Positions 1 to 9,603 of a stretch of 64,000 bases of DNA are shown here, piece after piece. The DNA is taken from IMG/VR virus record IMGVR_UViG_3300031418_000001; one strand, 5' to 3'. How positions within the stretch are numbered: position 1 is the first letter of the stretch; the number at the start of each line of letters is the position of its first letter. Position numbers and translations under genes: made by a program. The notes under the pieces are model-generated. The model saw only the letters and a program-made list of their open reading frames with translations. It ran no database searches and was not told where the DNA came from. This DNA is from a virus. Taxonomy: Duplodnaviria; Heunggongvirae; Uroviricota; Caudoviricetes.

Positions 1-112
1 ACCATCCAATTTTAAAGTAGCTTATGTAATTGGTTTTATTCCAGTACTTAACACATTACATTTTATCGTGTTGGTATCTGATCTTTTTACAAAAGAAAAA
101 TAGAGATAAAAT

Positions 113-460
113 ATGTTTTTGAATTTGTTTAAATTGCATACGAAGTTTATTAAAACTTCTTTCTTTTCTAAGAAGCATCAGGGTTATCGTATCCATCGTG
201 AATATCGTCTTCCTGGATATATTGATACATTTGATTTATATAAACAACAATTTTGTTTAGTACATTATGCTTTTTGGGGATTAATTAAGTACAGAACAGA
301 AGTACTGTTTGAAGAAACTATCCCAAACTATGTAATTATGCATGAATGGTTTTTACCCTATAACTCAGATTGGAAAAGTTCGTGTCCTGAAGAAATTCGT
401 GATCATTTTCATTGGCGTGGTCAACCATATCAAAGTCAAAAATGGTTCAAAGGTAGCTAA
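113..460 (+). CDS. hypothetical protein
   Basis: 115-aa ORF with + strand polarity like all other genes; no recognisable motif. Confidence 0.3.
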   Translation: MFLNLFKLHTKFIKTSFFSKKHQGYRIHREYRLPGYIDTFDLYKQQFCLVHYAFWGLIKYRTEVLFEETIPNYVIMHEWFLPYNSDWKSSCPEEIRDHFHWRGQPYQSQKWFKGS

Positions 461-509
461 ATTATACTTCAGTACTACCATCACCAAAATATATTACTAA
501 GGAAACATA

Positions 510-761
510 ATGAGTACTTTTAAACTTGAAGTAAGATATTGCATGAATAATTCCGACATTAATGTTGTTGGTGGAATGCTTGGATATAACTGGAATGATG
601 TATGTAATTATGTACAACAAACTGAAATCTATGGACAAGATGGTTGTGGTTATACACTGGTTGAACGTGGAGACACATTTGATCATGAACAGATTGATGC
701 AATCTTTGAAAAAATCTTTAGTGATAATCCTGAAGTAGATCAAATTTACATCCTGAATTAA
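510..761 (+). CDS. hypothetical protein
   Basis: 83-aa ORF, RBS-like AAGGAAAC upstream; no motif. Confidence 0.3.
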   Translation: MSTFKLEVRYCMNNSDINVVGGMLGYNWNDVCNYVQQTEIYGQDGCGYTLVERGDTFDHEQIDAIFEKIFSDNPEVDQIYILN

Positions 762-1126
762 TGAACATTGAAAGATTAATTAAAAGAGCACATGCAATGC
801 CCGATCATCCTAAAAGTAAAGGACGAAAAAGGCAAAAATTACTTGCATGTGCTCTTGATAAAAAAGGCAAAGTACTTTCAATTCGTTCTAATGATTATGA
901 ATGTTCTCATCCAGTACAGAAACATTTTGCTGAACTTGTTGGCAGACCTGACGCAATATATCTACATGCTGAAATATCTGCCCTGATTGCAGCAAAGAAA
1001 GAAGTGTATAAGATGATTGTCGTAAGGATTGATGCTGATGGTAGTCCAGTACTTGCAAAGCCATGCAAGATTTGTGAACGTGCAATGAAAGAATATGGAG
1101 TTAAAGTAATTGAGTACACCATCTAA
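761..1126 (+). CDS. cytidine/deoxycytidylate deaminase-fold (CDA) zinc-binding protein
   Basis: HAE(ISALIAA)...27 aa...PCKICERAM matches the H[AC]E / PCxxC zinc-binding signature of CMP/dCMP/TadA-like deaminases; small (121 aa). Confidence 0.55.
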   Translation: MNIERLIKRAHAMPDHPKSKGRKRQKLLACALDKKGKVLSIRSNDYECSHPVQKHFAELVGRPDAIYLHAEISALIAAKKEVYKMIVVRIDADGSPVLAKPCKICERAMKEYGVKVIEYTI

Positions 1127-1628
1127 AACAGTAAAAGAAAAGATTGAGATAATGAAAAATCTTTTACTCAGCTTTTATAAAATTGATAAGAAATATAGAG
1201 TATATGACAATGACAATAAAACACATCTTATTGAAATTTGTCAAGACCGATATAACATAATGAATAACATTAGCGGTAAAAGAGTACTATCATTAAAGCA
1301 CCGAGTTTGGGATTTTGCATGTATTGATGAAGAACATATTATAGTGAACGGTGATTATCGTTTTGCTTTAGTACTTGGTGATGAGAAAATCTTCATTAAT
1401 TCAAGACTTACTGAAAAGAAATATAATGAGATTATAAAATCAGAAAGTGTGTTCAATCATCTTTTACTAAACCAATCTGGCGTACCGTCTTATGAAGATA
1501 TTGAACTTGCTATCGGAATAAGAAATATTATGCAAATTGACAAAAATGTTAGACACATTGGTCTTATTTTAAACTACAAACATATTGATTGGGACATGAT
1601 TGCTAATATTAAGGAATTGTATGCTTGA
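1110..1628 (+). CDS. hypothetical protein, member of multicopy FNxSL small-protein family
   Basis: C-proximal motif FINSRLTEKKY...PSYEDIELA shared with >10 neighbouring small ORFs. Confidence 0.35.
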   Translation: MSTPSKTVKEKIEIMKNLLLSFYKIDKKYRVYDNDNKTHLIEICQDRYNIMNNISGKRVLSLKHRVWDFACIDEEHIIVNGDYRFALVLGDEKIFINSRLTEKKYNEIIKSESVFNHLLLNQSGVPSYEDIELAIGIRNIMQIDKNVRHIGLILNYKHIDWDMIANIKELYA

Positions 1629-2130
1629 TTCTTATCATATAAAAGAACTTGATCGTATCTTTAAAGAAATTTGTAATGTTGACAGTAATAAGGTTAAATG
1701 GGTAGAATATGGAGATAGAACTAAAAGTTTATTTCATTTCTCTGAACCAAGTGTTTGTACTCGTGTAACAATTACCACATCAAATGTACTTAATATTCTT
1801 ATTTTGGTATCTTTTAGTGATGTTTCTACATGCAAGTTTAGCTGTACTTTTAATGGCTCAAGAAGAACTGTTGGTTCAAATATTGAAAACGACCGCTATG
1901 ATTCTGACGGTTATAGTACTTTAATGTACCAAAACCAAAATCCATCAGAAATATCAAAATCAGATTACTTCAACGAAATGATTAATAATCCAGATCTTCC
2001 TGATTATAATCATTTATTGTTAGCAGAAGAAGTAGATAAACTTTTTATTGATAATGAGATTTCCGGTGAACTTTATTTCAATATTAGTACTGTAAATTTA
2101 AAGAAGATTACATTCAAGGAGTACTGGTAG
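1600..2130 (+). CDS. hypothetical protein, FNxSL family member
   Basis: YFNISTVNLKK motif near C-terminus; overlaps neighbours by a few nt. Confidence 0.3.
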   Translation: MLILRNCMLDSYHIKELDRIFKEICNVDSNKVKWVEYGDRTKSLFHFSEPSVCTRVTITTSNVLNILILVSFSDVSTCKFSCTFNGSRRTVGSNIENDRYDSDGYSTLMYQNQNPSEISKSDYFNEMINNPDLPDYNHLLLAEEVDKLFIDNEISGELYFNISTVNLKKITFKEYW

Positions 2131-2603
2131 TGAAAGATATGTATGATTTTTTGATACCATTTATGCGTTCCTTACTAAGAGTGAGATACTATGGTACTTC
2201 TCTTAAAACTATAAAGTCTATAAATGGATATGATATTAAACTAACACAACGTAGTTGTGAAATAGTAGACCAACATTTTAAAAATAGAACTCTTATACAT
2301 TTGGATACAAATGTAAATGAAAGTAGAATTTTCAGAAATACAATAATAACGAGCAGGCACCGATATATTATACCAAGCATTAATCCTTTAAAAAAAGTTG
2401 AAAGTGTTGACAAAGATATGCTTTTCAATATGTCACTAACTAAACATTTACCAACATATGAACATATTATGTTTGCATTTGAACTCAGGAAACTTTTATT
2501 TGAATTTGATGATCCATTTGGTGATGAATACCATTACCGAATTATGACTATTCATCCAAGTTTCATTAATTTAGAATTATTAAAAAATACGGAGATTCCC
2601 TAA
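2130..2603 (+). CDS. hypothetical protein, FNxSL family member
   Basis: LFNMSLTKHLPTYEHIMFAFELRKLL motif. Confidence 0.35.
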   Translation: MKDMYDFLIPFMRSLLRVRYYGTSLKTIKSINGYDIKLTQRSCEIVDQHFKNRTLIHLDTNVNESRIFRNTIITSRHRYIIPSINPLKKVESVDKDMLFNMSLTKHLPTYEHIMFAFELRKLLFEFDDPFGDEYHYRIMTIHPSFINLELLKNTEIP

Positions 2604-3151
2604 TGGAATATGATTTTGAAGTACTTGAAAGACTTTGTAAATTTCATCAGACAAAAGTTCTTGGATTAAGTCCAGAGCGTGTAAGTACTAAACATGTAGT
2701 CAAAGATGAGATTAAATTCAAGTACAAAGAATTTAAAACAGATGGATATTACGTTAATATTATCCATGAAGATGTAAGAAGTATGTATGGTTATATTCAA
2801 CACCATCGTCGGTATGTAGGTCTATCATTAACACCACTGAGTGAAGGTGGTAAAGTCATTCTGAGCATTGAAAAAAGTGATTCAGGTGAAGGTGAGATTA
2901 CTGAACATAAGGTAGTACTTAATGGTAGTAATGTTATTCGTTATCAAAATAACGGAGTTCAACTAACAGTTAATAAGTTCCTCACTAAAGATAAATTCTT
3001 TGAAAACATTATCATGTCAGATATTAATCTGGAGTATAAGTACTTTGAACTCGCCATGAATCTTAAGCAAAAGTTGCAATCACAGAATAAAAAAATCATT
3101 TTTAAATTTAATGAAGTTGATAATGAAATCCTTAAAAGGACTGTTTTATGA
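2603..3151 (+). CDS. hypothetical protein, FNxSL family-related
   Basis: 182 aa; QLTVNKFLTKDKFFENI region resembles family motif. Confidence 0.3.
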   Translation: MEYDFEVLERLCKFHQTKVLGLSPERVSTKHVVKDEIKFKYKEFKTDGYYVNIIHEDVRSMYGYIQHHRRYVGLSLTPLSEGGKVILSIEKSDSGEGEITEHKVVLNGSNVIRYQNNGVQLTVNKFLTKDKFFENIIMSDINLEYKYFELAMNLKQKLQSQNKKIIFKFNEVDNEILKRTVL

Positions 3152-3681
3152 GCATTGTTCAAAATATAAAAAGACTTCGAAATGAAATGGTTGCAATACA
3201 AGCTAATTTTATTCCAAATAGACATAAATTCGAATCTCTTACCTATGTGTCTAAAAGTGATGGATATACTGCATCAGTCTGTGGAAACTATGGTAATTAT
3301 CACCTTAAAGTACGTGATGACGATAAGAAGGAAGTCATTCTTACAATTACACGTTCATCATATAATTCATTGGATCATAGTATTATGCGATGTAATGGAA
3401 ATGTCACGTTAGTAGGGAAGAATCCAATCCGTCATGAACATGAATGGAAGGTGTTTTTTAATAGCAGAATGACAAAAGAAAAGTACTTTCAATATGCCAT
3501 TCAGCATAACATGCCTACATATGAACACACTTTAGCTGTTATAGAAATGAAGAAACTATTACAAGGTGCTCATGTAAATTATGATATATTTTTAAACAGA
3601 ATTGACATTGCTAAAATTGAGCTTTGTAATTTAGATGTACTTAACTTTACCAAGAAATGGAAAAATGACAGCCCATTCTAA
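3148..3681 (+). CDS. hypothetical protein, FNxSL family member
   Basis: FFNSRMTKEKYFQYAIQHNMPTYEHTLAVIEMKKLL motif. Confidence 0.35.
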   Translation: MSIVQNIKRLRNEMVAIQANFIPNRHKFESLTYVSKSDGYTASVCGNYGNYHLKVRDDDKKEVILTITRSSYNSLDHSIMRCNGNVTLVGKNPIRHEHEWKVFFNSRMTKEKYFQYAIQHNMPTYEHTLAVIEMKKLLQGAHVNYDIFLNRIDIAKIELCNLDVLNFTKKWKNDSPF

Positions 3682-4033
3682 TAAACAGTTCGATAAAACA
3701 TTATACTACATGACAGAGTTCAGTAAAAATACGTTTCTTAGTACTTCAGATTTAGAATACTATTTGATTTATGAGTGTAATGCTGTAATCTATTCACATC
3801 AGATTGACGGAAGAATCATATTCGAAAAATTTGATTCTGATTCTGAACTTATCATAGACTACTATGATGCTTATATAAAATGTGATAATGAAGTTATAAA
3901 AGATATATTAAGTACTGATGGTTATTTTAATGCTACTTTGAGGTATCCGAATTTACCAAGTAGAGAATTATTGAAGCAACTTTCGGAAAGTTGTTTACTG
4001 GTTCATAATGTTCATATACCCTGGAATATCTAA
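3635..4033 (+). CDS. hypothetical protein, FNxSL family-related
   Basis: YFNATLRYPNLPSRELLKQL motif; true start may be internal Met (about 3665). Confidence 0.3.
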   Translation: MYLTLPRNGKMTAHSNKQFDKTLYYMTEFSKNTFLSTSDLEYYLIYECNAVIYSHQIDGRIIFEKFDSDSELIIDYYDAYIKCDNEVIKDILSTDGYFNATLRYPNLPSRELLKQLSESCLLVHNVHIPWNI

Positions 4034-4061
4034 CCAAAGTATGATTTAGATCAATCAAATT

Positions 4062-4084
4062 ACCCCTCTATAGGGGTGTTTTTG
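4062..4084 (+). terminator. rho-independent terminator
   Basis: ACCCCT-ctat-AGGGGT hairpin followed by GTTTTTGTTT. Confidence 0.5.
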
Positions 4085-4096
4085 TTTATAGGGGTA

Positions 4097-4104
4097 TATA
4101 AATA
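4097..4104 (+). promoter_or_regulatory. T4-late-type promoter box TATAAATA upstream of nrdD
   Basis: exact TATAAATA 34 nt upstream of the nrdD ATG, downstream of a terminator hairpin at 4062-4084. Confidence 0.4.
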
Positions 4105-4137
4105 TTTTCACCCTATAAAAGACATGGAGAGTCGAAA

Positions 4138-5949
4138 ATGAATAAAGAACATAAATTGTTTGAAGATATTAATTCTTTTCTTGAGAATAAAAATAAAGAT
4201 CTTACAAACGAAAACGCTAATAAGGATGCTAAATGTGTCAATACACACCGTGACCTACTTGCTGGTATATTATCTAAACATCTGGCAGTGAATGATATTC
4301 TTCCAGAAAAAATAGCTAAATGGCATCAGGAAGGTTATGGACATTTTCACGATCTTGATTATCTTATTTCTCCATTAACAAATTGCTGTCTTATTAACTA
4401 CCGAGATATGCTTGAGAATGGTTTTAAAATTGGTAACGCACACGTTGGTACTCCCAACAGTATAGGGGTAGCAAGTACCGTACTTACACAGATAGTACTT
4501 GCCGTATCTGCGAGTCAATATGGTGGACAGTCACTGGCACATATTGACTTTGGTTTAGAACCATATGTCATAGAATCTCATCAGAAATTACTGGAACAAC
4601 AAGAAAAATACAACTTATCCGATGAATATGTAATCTCAACATTAGAAAAAGAAGTGTATGATGCAATGCAGGCATTGCTTTATCAGGTTAATACTATTAC
4701 AAGCTCTAATGGTCAAACCCCATTTGTAAGTATCAGTTTAGGTCTTAATATTTCATGGTACGGGAAATTGATTACCAAATCATATCTTGAAGTACATAAG
4801 AAGGGTTTGGGTAAAGATGGCACTACGCCAGTGTTTCCTAAAGTAATCTTCTTTCTTGAAGAAGGTACAAATATGAATCCAGAAGATCCAAACTATGATA
4901 TGAAAGTACTTGCAATGGATACTGCTGCTAAACGTATCTATCCTGATTTTGTTTCTGTGCCACTTAACCGTAAAGTCACAGGAAGTACAGCAGAACCAGT
5001 AACAAGTATGGGCTGTCGGTCTTTCTTGGGTAAATGGGAAGATGATAAAGGTACGGAACGTTATGATGGAAGATTTAATTTAGGAGTAGTATCAGTTTCA
5101 TTGCCTATGATTGCTCTTGAATCGGCATCAGAAGCGATTTTCTTTGATAAGCTATCACATCATATGGATATTGCGTATGAAGCCCATATGTTCCGTGTAG
5201 AGCGTTTGAAGAACACTAAAGCACGACAGAACCCTACTATGTTTATGGAAGGTGCCATTGCACGGTTAGAACCGGAAGAAACAATCGAGAAACTTTTTTA
5301 TGATGGGTATGCAAGTATAAGTATCGGATATATTGGGGTTTCAGAGTGTTCAGAAATAATTAAAGGTTCTATTAACAAAGAATTCGGATTAAAAGTACTT
5401 CAGTTTATGAAGGAACGGTGCGACAAATATAAAGAACAAAGTAGAATATCATTCAGTTTATATGGAACTCCTGCTGAATCACTGTGTTATCGTTTTGCTA
5501 AATGTATTGAAGCTAAGTATCCAGGGAAACTAAATCATGAGTACCTTACAAATTCATTCCACCAGCCAGTATGGGTTGAAAGTACTCCATTCGAAAAGTG
5601 GTCTTATGAAGAAGGATTTGCTTACCTGAGTAATGGTGGTAATATAGGGTACGTTGAAACAAGTAATCTTTCTAAGAATATGAAAGCACTTGAATCTCTA
5701 ATTAATTTTGCTTATGAACATATTCCTTATTTTGGTATAAATCAGCCCGTAGATCACTGTTATAAATGTGGATTTGAAGGTGAATTCCATGTCGATAAAG
5801 AAGGCTTTTGTTGTCCTGAATGTACTAATAGAGAAGAAGGTACTATATCAGTTATTCGCCGTGTTTCAGGTTACTTAAGTTCTCCAAATAGTCGCCCATT
5901 TAATAACGGCAAACAAGAAGAAGTAATTGAAAGAATAAAACATGAATAA
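4138..5949 (+). CDS. nrdD: anaerobic ribonucleoside-triphosphate reductase (class III RNR)
   Basis: 603 aa; C-terminal CYKCG...CCPEC zinc ribbon and glycyl-radical motif RRVSGYL; length and features match T4-type NrdD; ORF uninterrupted (no intron). Confidence 0.9.
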   Translation: MNKEHKLFEDINSFLENKNKDLTNENANKDAKCVNTHRDLLAGILSKHLAVNDILPEKIAKWHQEGYGHFHDLDYLISPLTNCCLINYRDMLENGFKIGNAHVGTPNSIGVASTVLTQIVLAVSASQYGGQSLAHIDFGLEPYVIESHQKLLEQQEKYNLSDEYVISTLEKEVYDAMQALLYQVNTITSSNGQTPFVSISLGLNISWYGKLITKSYLEVHKKGLGKDGTTPVFPKVIFFLEEGTNMNPEDPNYDMKVLAMDTAAKRIYPDFVSVPLNRKVTGSTAEPVTSMGCRSFLGKWEDDKGTERYDGRFNLGVVSVSLPMIALESASEAIFFDKLSHHMDIAYEAHMFRVERLKNTKARQNPTMFMEGAIARLEPEETIEKLFYDGYASISIGYIGVSECSEIIKGSINKEFGLKVLQFMKERCDKYKEQSRISFSLYGTPAESLCYRFAKCIEAKYPGKLNHEYLTNSFHQPVWVESTPFEKWSYEEGFAYLSNGGNIGYVETSNLSKNMKALESLINFAYEHIPYFGINQPVDHCYKCGFEGEFHVDKEGFCCPECTNREEGTISVIRRVSGYLSSPNSRPFNNGKQEEVIERIKHE

Positions 5950-6463
5950 AATTCCATATGATTTAACTTTAAGGGAGAATATGATTCTGTACTTCTCCCT
6001 TAAAAATAAGCATGGTTACTCACTACCAAACAGAAATGAAGTACTTGATAAAATAGTTTCAGAGTTAGATTTAAGTTATTATGAATGTATCATTATACCT
6101 GAAAGTACTTCAGATTTTCTTGAACAGATATGCATACGTTTAAAGAAAAAGTACATAGTTCTTGAAAAGAATGACATTGAGTACTTTAAAGAACTGGTAA
6201 AAACTTTAGGATTGCAGAGGGCCGAATTGAAAAGTCACATTGACAGAATGGACGAAATGGGAGATAATTTCCGAATAAACCTGTTAAAAGCTCAGCAGAG
6301 AAAAAGATATATACCTTATCTTTTTAAAACTACATTAGTACCAAAGAATTCAGTACTTCTCGATGATAGTAATTTTACAGGTTGTACTAAAGCTGCGATG
6401 AGATACAGTACTGGTGTCTATAATTATATCCCAATATTCAGTAAAGATGATGAAAACATATAA
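5942..6463 (+). CDS. hypothetical protein (weak PRPP-binding-like motif)
   Basis: 173 aa; C-proximal VLLDDSNFTGCT resembles the type I PRTase PRPP loop, but context is weak. Confidence 0.25.
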   Translation: MNKIPYDLTLRENMILYFSLKNKHGYSLPNRNEVLDKIVSELDLSYYECIIIPESTSDFLEQICIRLKKKYIVLEKNDIEYFKELVKTLGLQRAELKSHIDRMDEMGDNFRINLLKAQQRKRYIPYLFKTTLVPKNSVLLDDSNFTGCTKAAMRYSTGVYNYIPIFSKDDENI

Positions 6464-6821
6464 GAACAGTATAAAACTTTTTAATACATTACAAAGCATC
6501 ATCAATGAAGATGATGTTGTTGAATTTGAGTATGATAATAATAAGATCTACTTTAAAACGGAAACTTATATTATCAGAATTGCTTTAGAAAATTCAACTA
6601 AAGATAGTTCTCTGAGATTCAGAGATTCTTCTTCAGGTTTTGAAGAAAGTCCTATGCTTAAGTTAAAAGAATATGATTCATCTTTCTATTTTAATAATGC
6701 AATCAAGATGAAGATACTTTTATCTAATGATGATGTACAAAAAATAGTTCAAGAATGTCTAAAAATTGACCAAAGAACTTATATTATAATTGAAAGTATC
6801 TGGAGAAAAAATAATGTTTAA
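6414..6821 (+). CDS. hypothetical protein
   Basis: 135-aa ORF; YFNNAIKMKILL family-like motif. Confidence 0.3.
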   Translation: MSIIISQYSVKMMKTYKNSIKLFNTLQSIINEDDVVEFEYDNNKIYFKTETYIIRIALENSTKDSSLRFRDSSSGFEESPMLKLKEYDSSFYFNNAIKMKILLSNDDVQKIVQECLKIDQRTYIIIESIWRKNNV

Positions 6822-7014
6822 AGATAAAATGGTCTTCCAAGATAAAGAAGAACCTCTAAAAAAGCAGGTTCTAAGTGGGGAACATAAAGGTACTATCTTC
6901 ATCCATGATGAAGAATATGCAATTGTAGTTTCCTCTGAAACATTTTCAGAAGATGATACAGTACTGTACAGTACCTTTGAAAATGAAGAACTGGTAGTTC
7001 TACCAATCGAATAA
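6814..7014 (+). CDS. hypothetical small protein
   Basis: ATG at 6814 preceded by GGAGAAAAAATA RBS; followed by a terminator. Confidence 0.35.
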   Translation: MFKDKMVFQDKEEPLKKQVLSGEHKGTIFIHDEEYAIVVSSETFSEDDTVLYSTFENEELVVLPIE

Positions 7015-7018
7015 TATA

Positions 7019-7039
7019 ACCGCCTACTGGCGGTTTTTT
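7019..7039 (+). terminator. rho-independent terminator
   Basis: ACCGCC-tact-GGCGGT followed by TTTTT. Confidence 0.6.
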
Positions 7040-7049
7040 GGATCATACT

Positions 7050-7463
7050 ATGCAACTTTCTGTATTTGAAGATAATATTAATTTAGCAAAACAAATCGCG
7101 GCTATCATGGATTGGGATTTAGGTACTATCAGAATAGAAGTTTGTAATCATGAAATTACTTTTCATCAAACACAAAGAACCTCATCATCCTTTATTGCTA
7201 TTAGTAAAAAGTCCAATATTACTAATAAACTTCTTCGTGTAAAATTATATGATAACTACGAAAACATTGATTTATTCATCTATCGCAAGAAGCCAAATTC
7301 CGAAACTGAATATTGTAAACAATCACCATCAAAAGATAGATTGTTTAACATGAGTTTAGAAAAGGATATTTTAACTAATTACGACCAATTAATTAAAATG
7401 GAAAAGCTAATGGATGATTACAATGATGTTATTCAGATTATTGTTCAATTAAGGAACGTTTAA
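7050..7463 (+). CDS. hypothetical protein, FNxSL family member
   Basis: RLFNMSLEKDILTNYDQL motif; ATG at 7050 (the track start at 7038 is TTG inside the terminator). Confidence 0.35.
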   Translation: MQLSVFEDNINLAKQIAAIMDWDLGTIRIEVCNHEITFHQTQRTSSSFIAISKKSNITNKLLRVKLYDNYENIDLFIYRKKPNSETEYCKQSPSKDRLFNMSLEKDILTNYDQLIKMEKLMDDYNDVIQIIVQLRNV

Positions 7464-7464
7464 A

Positions 7465-7803
7465 GTGACATACGATATTGTTACCGAATGGTATGATACG
7501 ATAATAGAAATTTCAAACATCTTTTTCGCAGAAGGTGGTAGTTCATTACGAATTACAGACAGTACTTTTATTTTGAATAAAGGGTGGGATCAAATAATCA
7601 TCACACCAAACACACCTGAACGTACTATTACTATGTCTAATATTACTGATTTTTTCTATAAAGAAGATAAGATAGAAGATATTGAATCACATGAGTGGTT
7701 TCACTTAACTATACTTCATAAAGTGCCGTATTCTTATGAATGTATTAAGAAATTGAGTACTATTGACAAAAAATTTCATATTTTGATTGGGGTTAATGAT
7801 TGA
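7465..7803 (+). CDS. hypothetical protein
   Basis: 112-aa ORF (GTG start in track); no motif. Confidence 0.3.
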   Translation: MTYDIVTEWYDTIIEISNIFFAEGGSSLRITDSTFILNKGWDQIIITPNTPERTITMSNITDFFYKEDKIEDIESHEWFHLTILHKVPYSYECIKKLSTIDKKFHILIGVND

Positions 7804-8259
7804 ATGAATACTAAACTTCATATTGAATGCTATGAACTTTTACATTCTATTACTGAACAATTTGAAGGAATTAAATTTGAAGCGTTCAATGATTTCGGTA
7901 ACAGTATAAGAGTTAGTTCTGAGAACTTTTTTGGTGAGAATGAAGACGGTTCCATAAGAATGCATTTAGATATTACTATTTTCCCTGGTCATAATAATTT
8001 TGCGGAAAATTATCTTCATGTTGTAAGAACTACATATGTGAATGAATCTCCTTCTGAATTCATGAAGGATTGTATTGATATTCCATGTACTTATATCACT
8101 GATGATTATTATGATAAACGTTCAAAACGACATTCTACGGTTTTACCCAAAGAGACATTTTACAAAATTTCTAAAGTTCTAAAAGATTTTAAACAAAATA
8201 GTGATCATATTAATTTGGTTATTTTTCATTATTATTTCAGTATAACGGTGCAATTATAA
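7804..8259 (+). CDS. hypothetical protein
   Basis: 151-aa ORF, abuts previous stop. Confidence 0.3.
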   Translation: MNTKLHIECYELLHSITEQFEGIKFEAFNDFGNSIRVSSENFFGENEDGSIRMHLDITIFPGHNNFAENYLHVVRTTYVNESPSEFMKDCIDIPCTYITDDYYDKRSKRHSTVLPKETFYKISKVLKDFKQNSDHINLVIFHYYFSITVQL

Positions 8260-8266
8260 GGATTAT

Positions 8267-8734
8267 GTGCTGATGAATTTAAAAGAACAAAAACAATATC
8301 TCAAATTTCTATACAAAGTTATAGATATTTTTGGATTACAAGAAAACCAGGTATGTTGTAGTATTGAAATGGATAAGATTTCATTTATGGCATTTAAAAC
8401 AAAAGAAATGTTGGGTAAAGACCAAACTTTTAAGTTTGAACTTAAGGTTAATACAACTCCTACATTGGCGGTTTTTACCAGAAAAGTACTGGATGATAAA
8501 AAATACGCATGGAGTTCACCAACAAATTATGACAGTTGTGTTTTTAGCTACAGTAATGAATTTGGAATATCATTTCACGATAAAGACAATATATGCTATG
8601 AATTTAACAAAAGCTCCCACTTCAATATGTCGTTAGACAATAATATGTTGATCACATTTAGTCAGTACCGTGATTTATATAATGAATTCAAGAAAATTAA
8701 ATCCAATTACTCCTTGCTAATTTATGGTTATTAA
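8267..8734 (+). CDS. hypothetical protein, FNxSL family member
   Basis: SHFNMSLDNNMLITFSQYRDLYNEFKKIK motif. Confidence 0.35.
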   Translation: MLMNLKEQKQYLKFLYKVIDIFGLQENQVCCSIEMDKISFMAFKTKEMLGKDQTFKFELKVNTTPTLAVFTRKVLDDKKYAWSSPTNYDSCVFSYSNEFGISFHDKDNICYEFNKSSHFNMSLDNNMLITFSQYRDLYNEFKKIKSNYSLLIYGY

Positions 8735-8735
8735 C

Positions 8736-9206
8736 ATGAACTATAATGCTTTAGTAAAAGATGATTTGATTAATGGGGAAGGAGTAAGAGTATCTTTATT
8801 TGTGAGTGGATGTTCTCATGGATGTAAAGGTTGTTTTAATGAAGAAACATGGGACTATCGCTTCGGTAATGAATTTAATGATGAAGTACTCAAGGAATTA
8901 TTCATAGCTTTGAATAAACCTTACATTGATGGACTTACATTGTTAGGTGGCGACCCATTAATGAAGAAAAATATTGAAACGGTACTTCATATTTGTACTA
9001 AATTCAAAGAAGAATTCCCTGATAAAAATATTTGGTGCTGGACAGGATATACACTTCAAGAGGTAATGACAAACCATGCAGAACCAATTCTTGAGTATAT
9101 TGATGTACTGGTTGATGGGAAATTCGTTGAGGAACTTAAGGATCTGACACTCCCATTTCGTGGAAGTTCTAATCAACGTATACTAAGGAAAGGAGTTGAC
9201 TTTTGA
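8736..9206 (+). CDS. nrdG: anaerobic RNR activating protein (radical SAM)
   Basis: CSHGCKGC = CxxxCxxC radical-SAM cluster motif; N-terminus MNYNALVKDDLINGEG aligns with T4 NrdG; 156 aa. Confidence 0.85.
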   Translation: MNYNALVKDDLINGEGVRVSLFVSGCSHGCKGCFNEETWDYRFGNEFNDEVLKELFIALNKPYIDGLTLLGGDPLMKKNIETVLHICTKFKEEFPDKNIWCWTGYTLQEVMTNHAEPILEYIDVLVDGKFVEELKDLTLPFRGSSNQRILRKGVDF

Positions 9207-9556
9207 ACTTAAAAGATATTAAGAAATGTAAATTTGAAATTGAGAAGCGATACTGGATTTTTGTAACGGGGTCAAGAAAGAACCCATCAAGATTCAAACC
9301 CGTTAAATCAAAGATGGGGCCAGCTATATTTGTACTTATAGTAGTGCAACGGAATCAGGAACTAATTATTACAAACGATAGTGTGTCTGTGTATCGTGAC
9401 CGCATAGAAGACCTCTCGATTGGTAAAGAATACACTAAAGAAGACTTTTTCACTAACAGCTTATTGTATAATTTACCTTCACCTGAAGAACTGGTTGAGA
9501 TAAGAAAGTACTTCAAAAAACATCATAAGAACCATCAGGTGACAGTCTATCTTTAA
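9203..9556 (+). CDS. hypothetical protein
   Basis: 117-aa basic ORF overlapping the nrdG stop. Confidence 0.3.
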   Translation: MNLKDIKKCKFEIEKRYWIFVTGSRKNPSRFKPVKSKMGPAIFVLIVVQRNQELIITNDSVSVYRDRIEDLSIGKEYTKEDFFTNSLLYNLPSPEELVEIRKYFKKHHKNHQVTVYL

Positions 9557-9564
9557 GTACTCAA

Positions 9565-9572
9565 AATAAATA
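9565..9572 (+). promoter_or_regulatory. putative late promoter variant AATAAATA
   Basis: AATAAATA 32 nt upstream of the first fibre gene; the same 8-mer precedes lysozyme, sheath, tube and 59069 genes. Confidence 0.35.
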
Positions 9573-9603
9573 CTATATTATTATCTTAGACAAGGATAGT
9601 TAA

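Noticed and set aside
4138-5949. Group I intron / homing endonuclease inside nrdD (as in T4 sunY)
   Set aside because: nrdD reads as one uninterrupted 603-aa ORF with N- and C-terminal hallmarks. No insertion is present.
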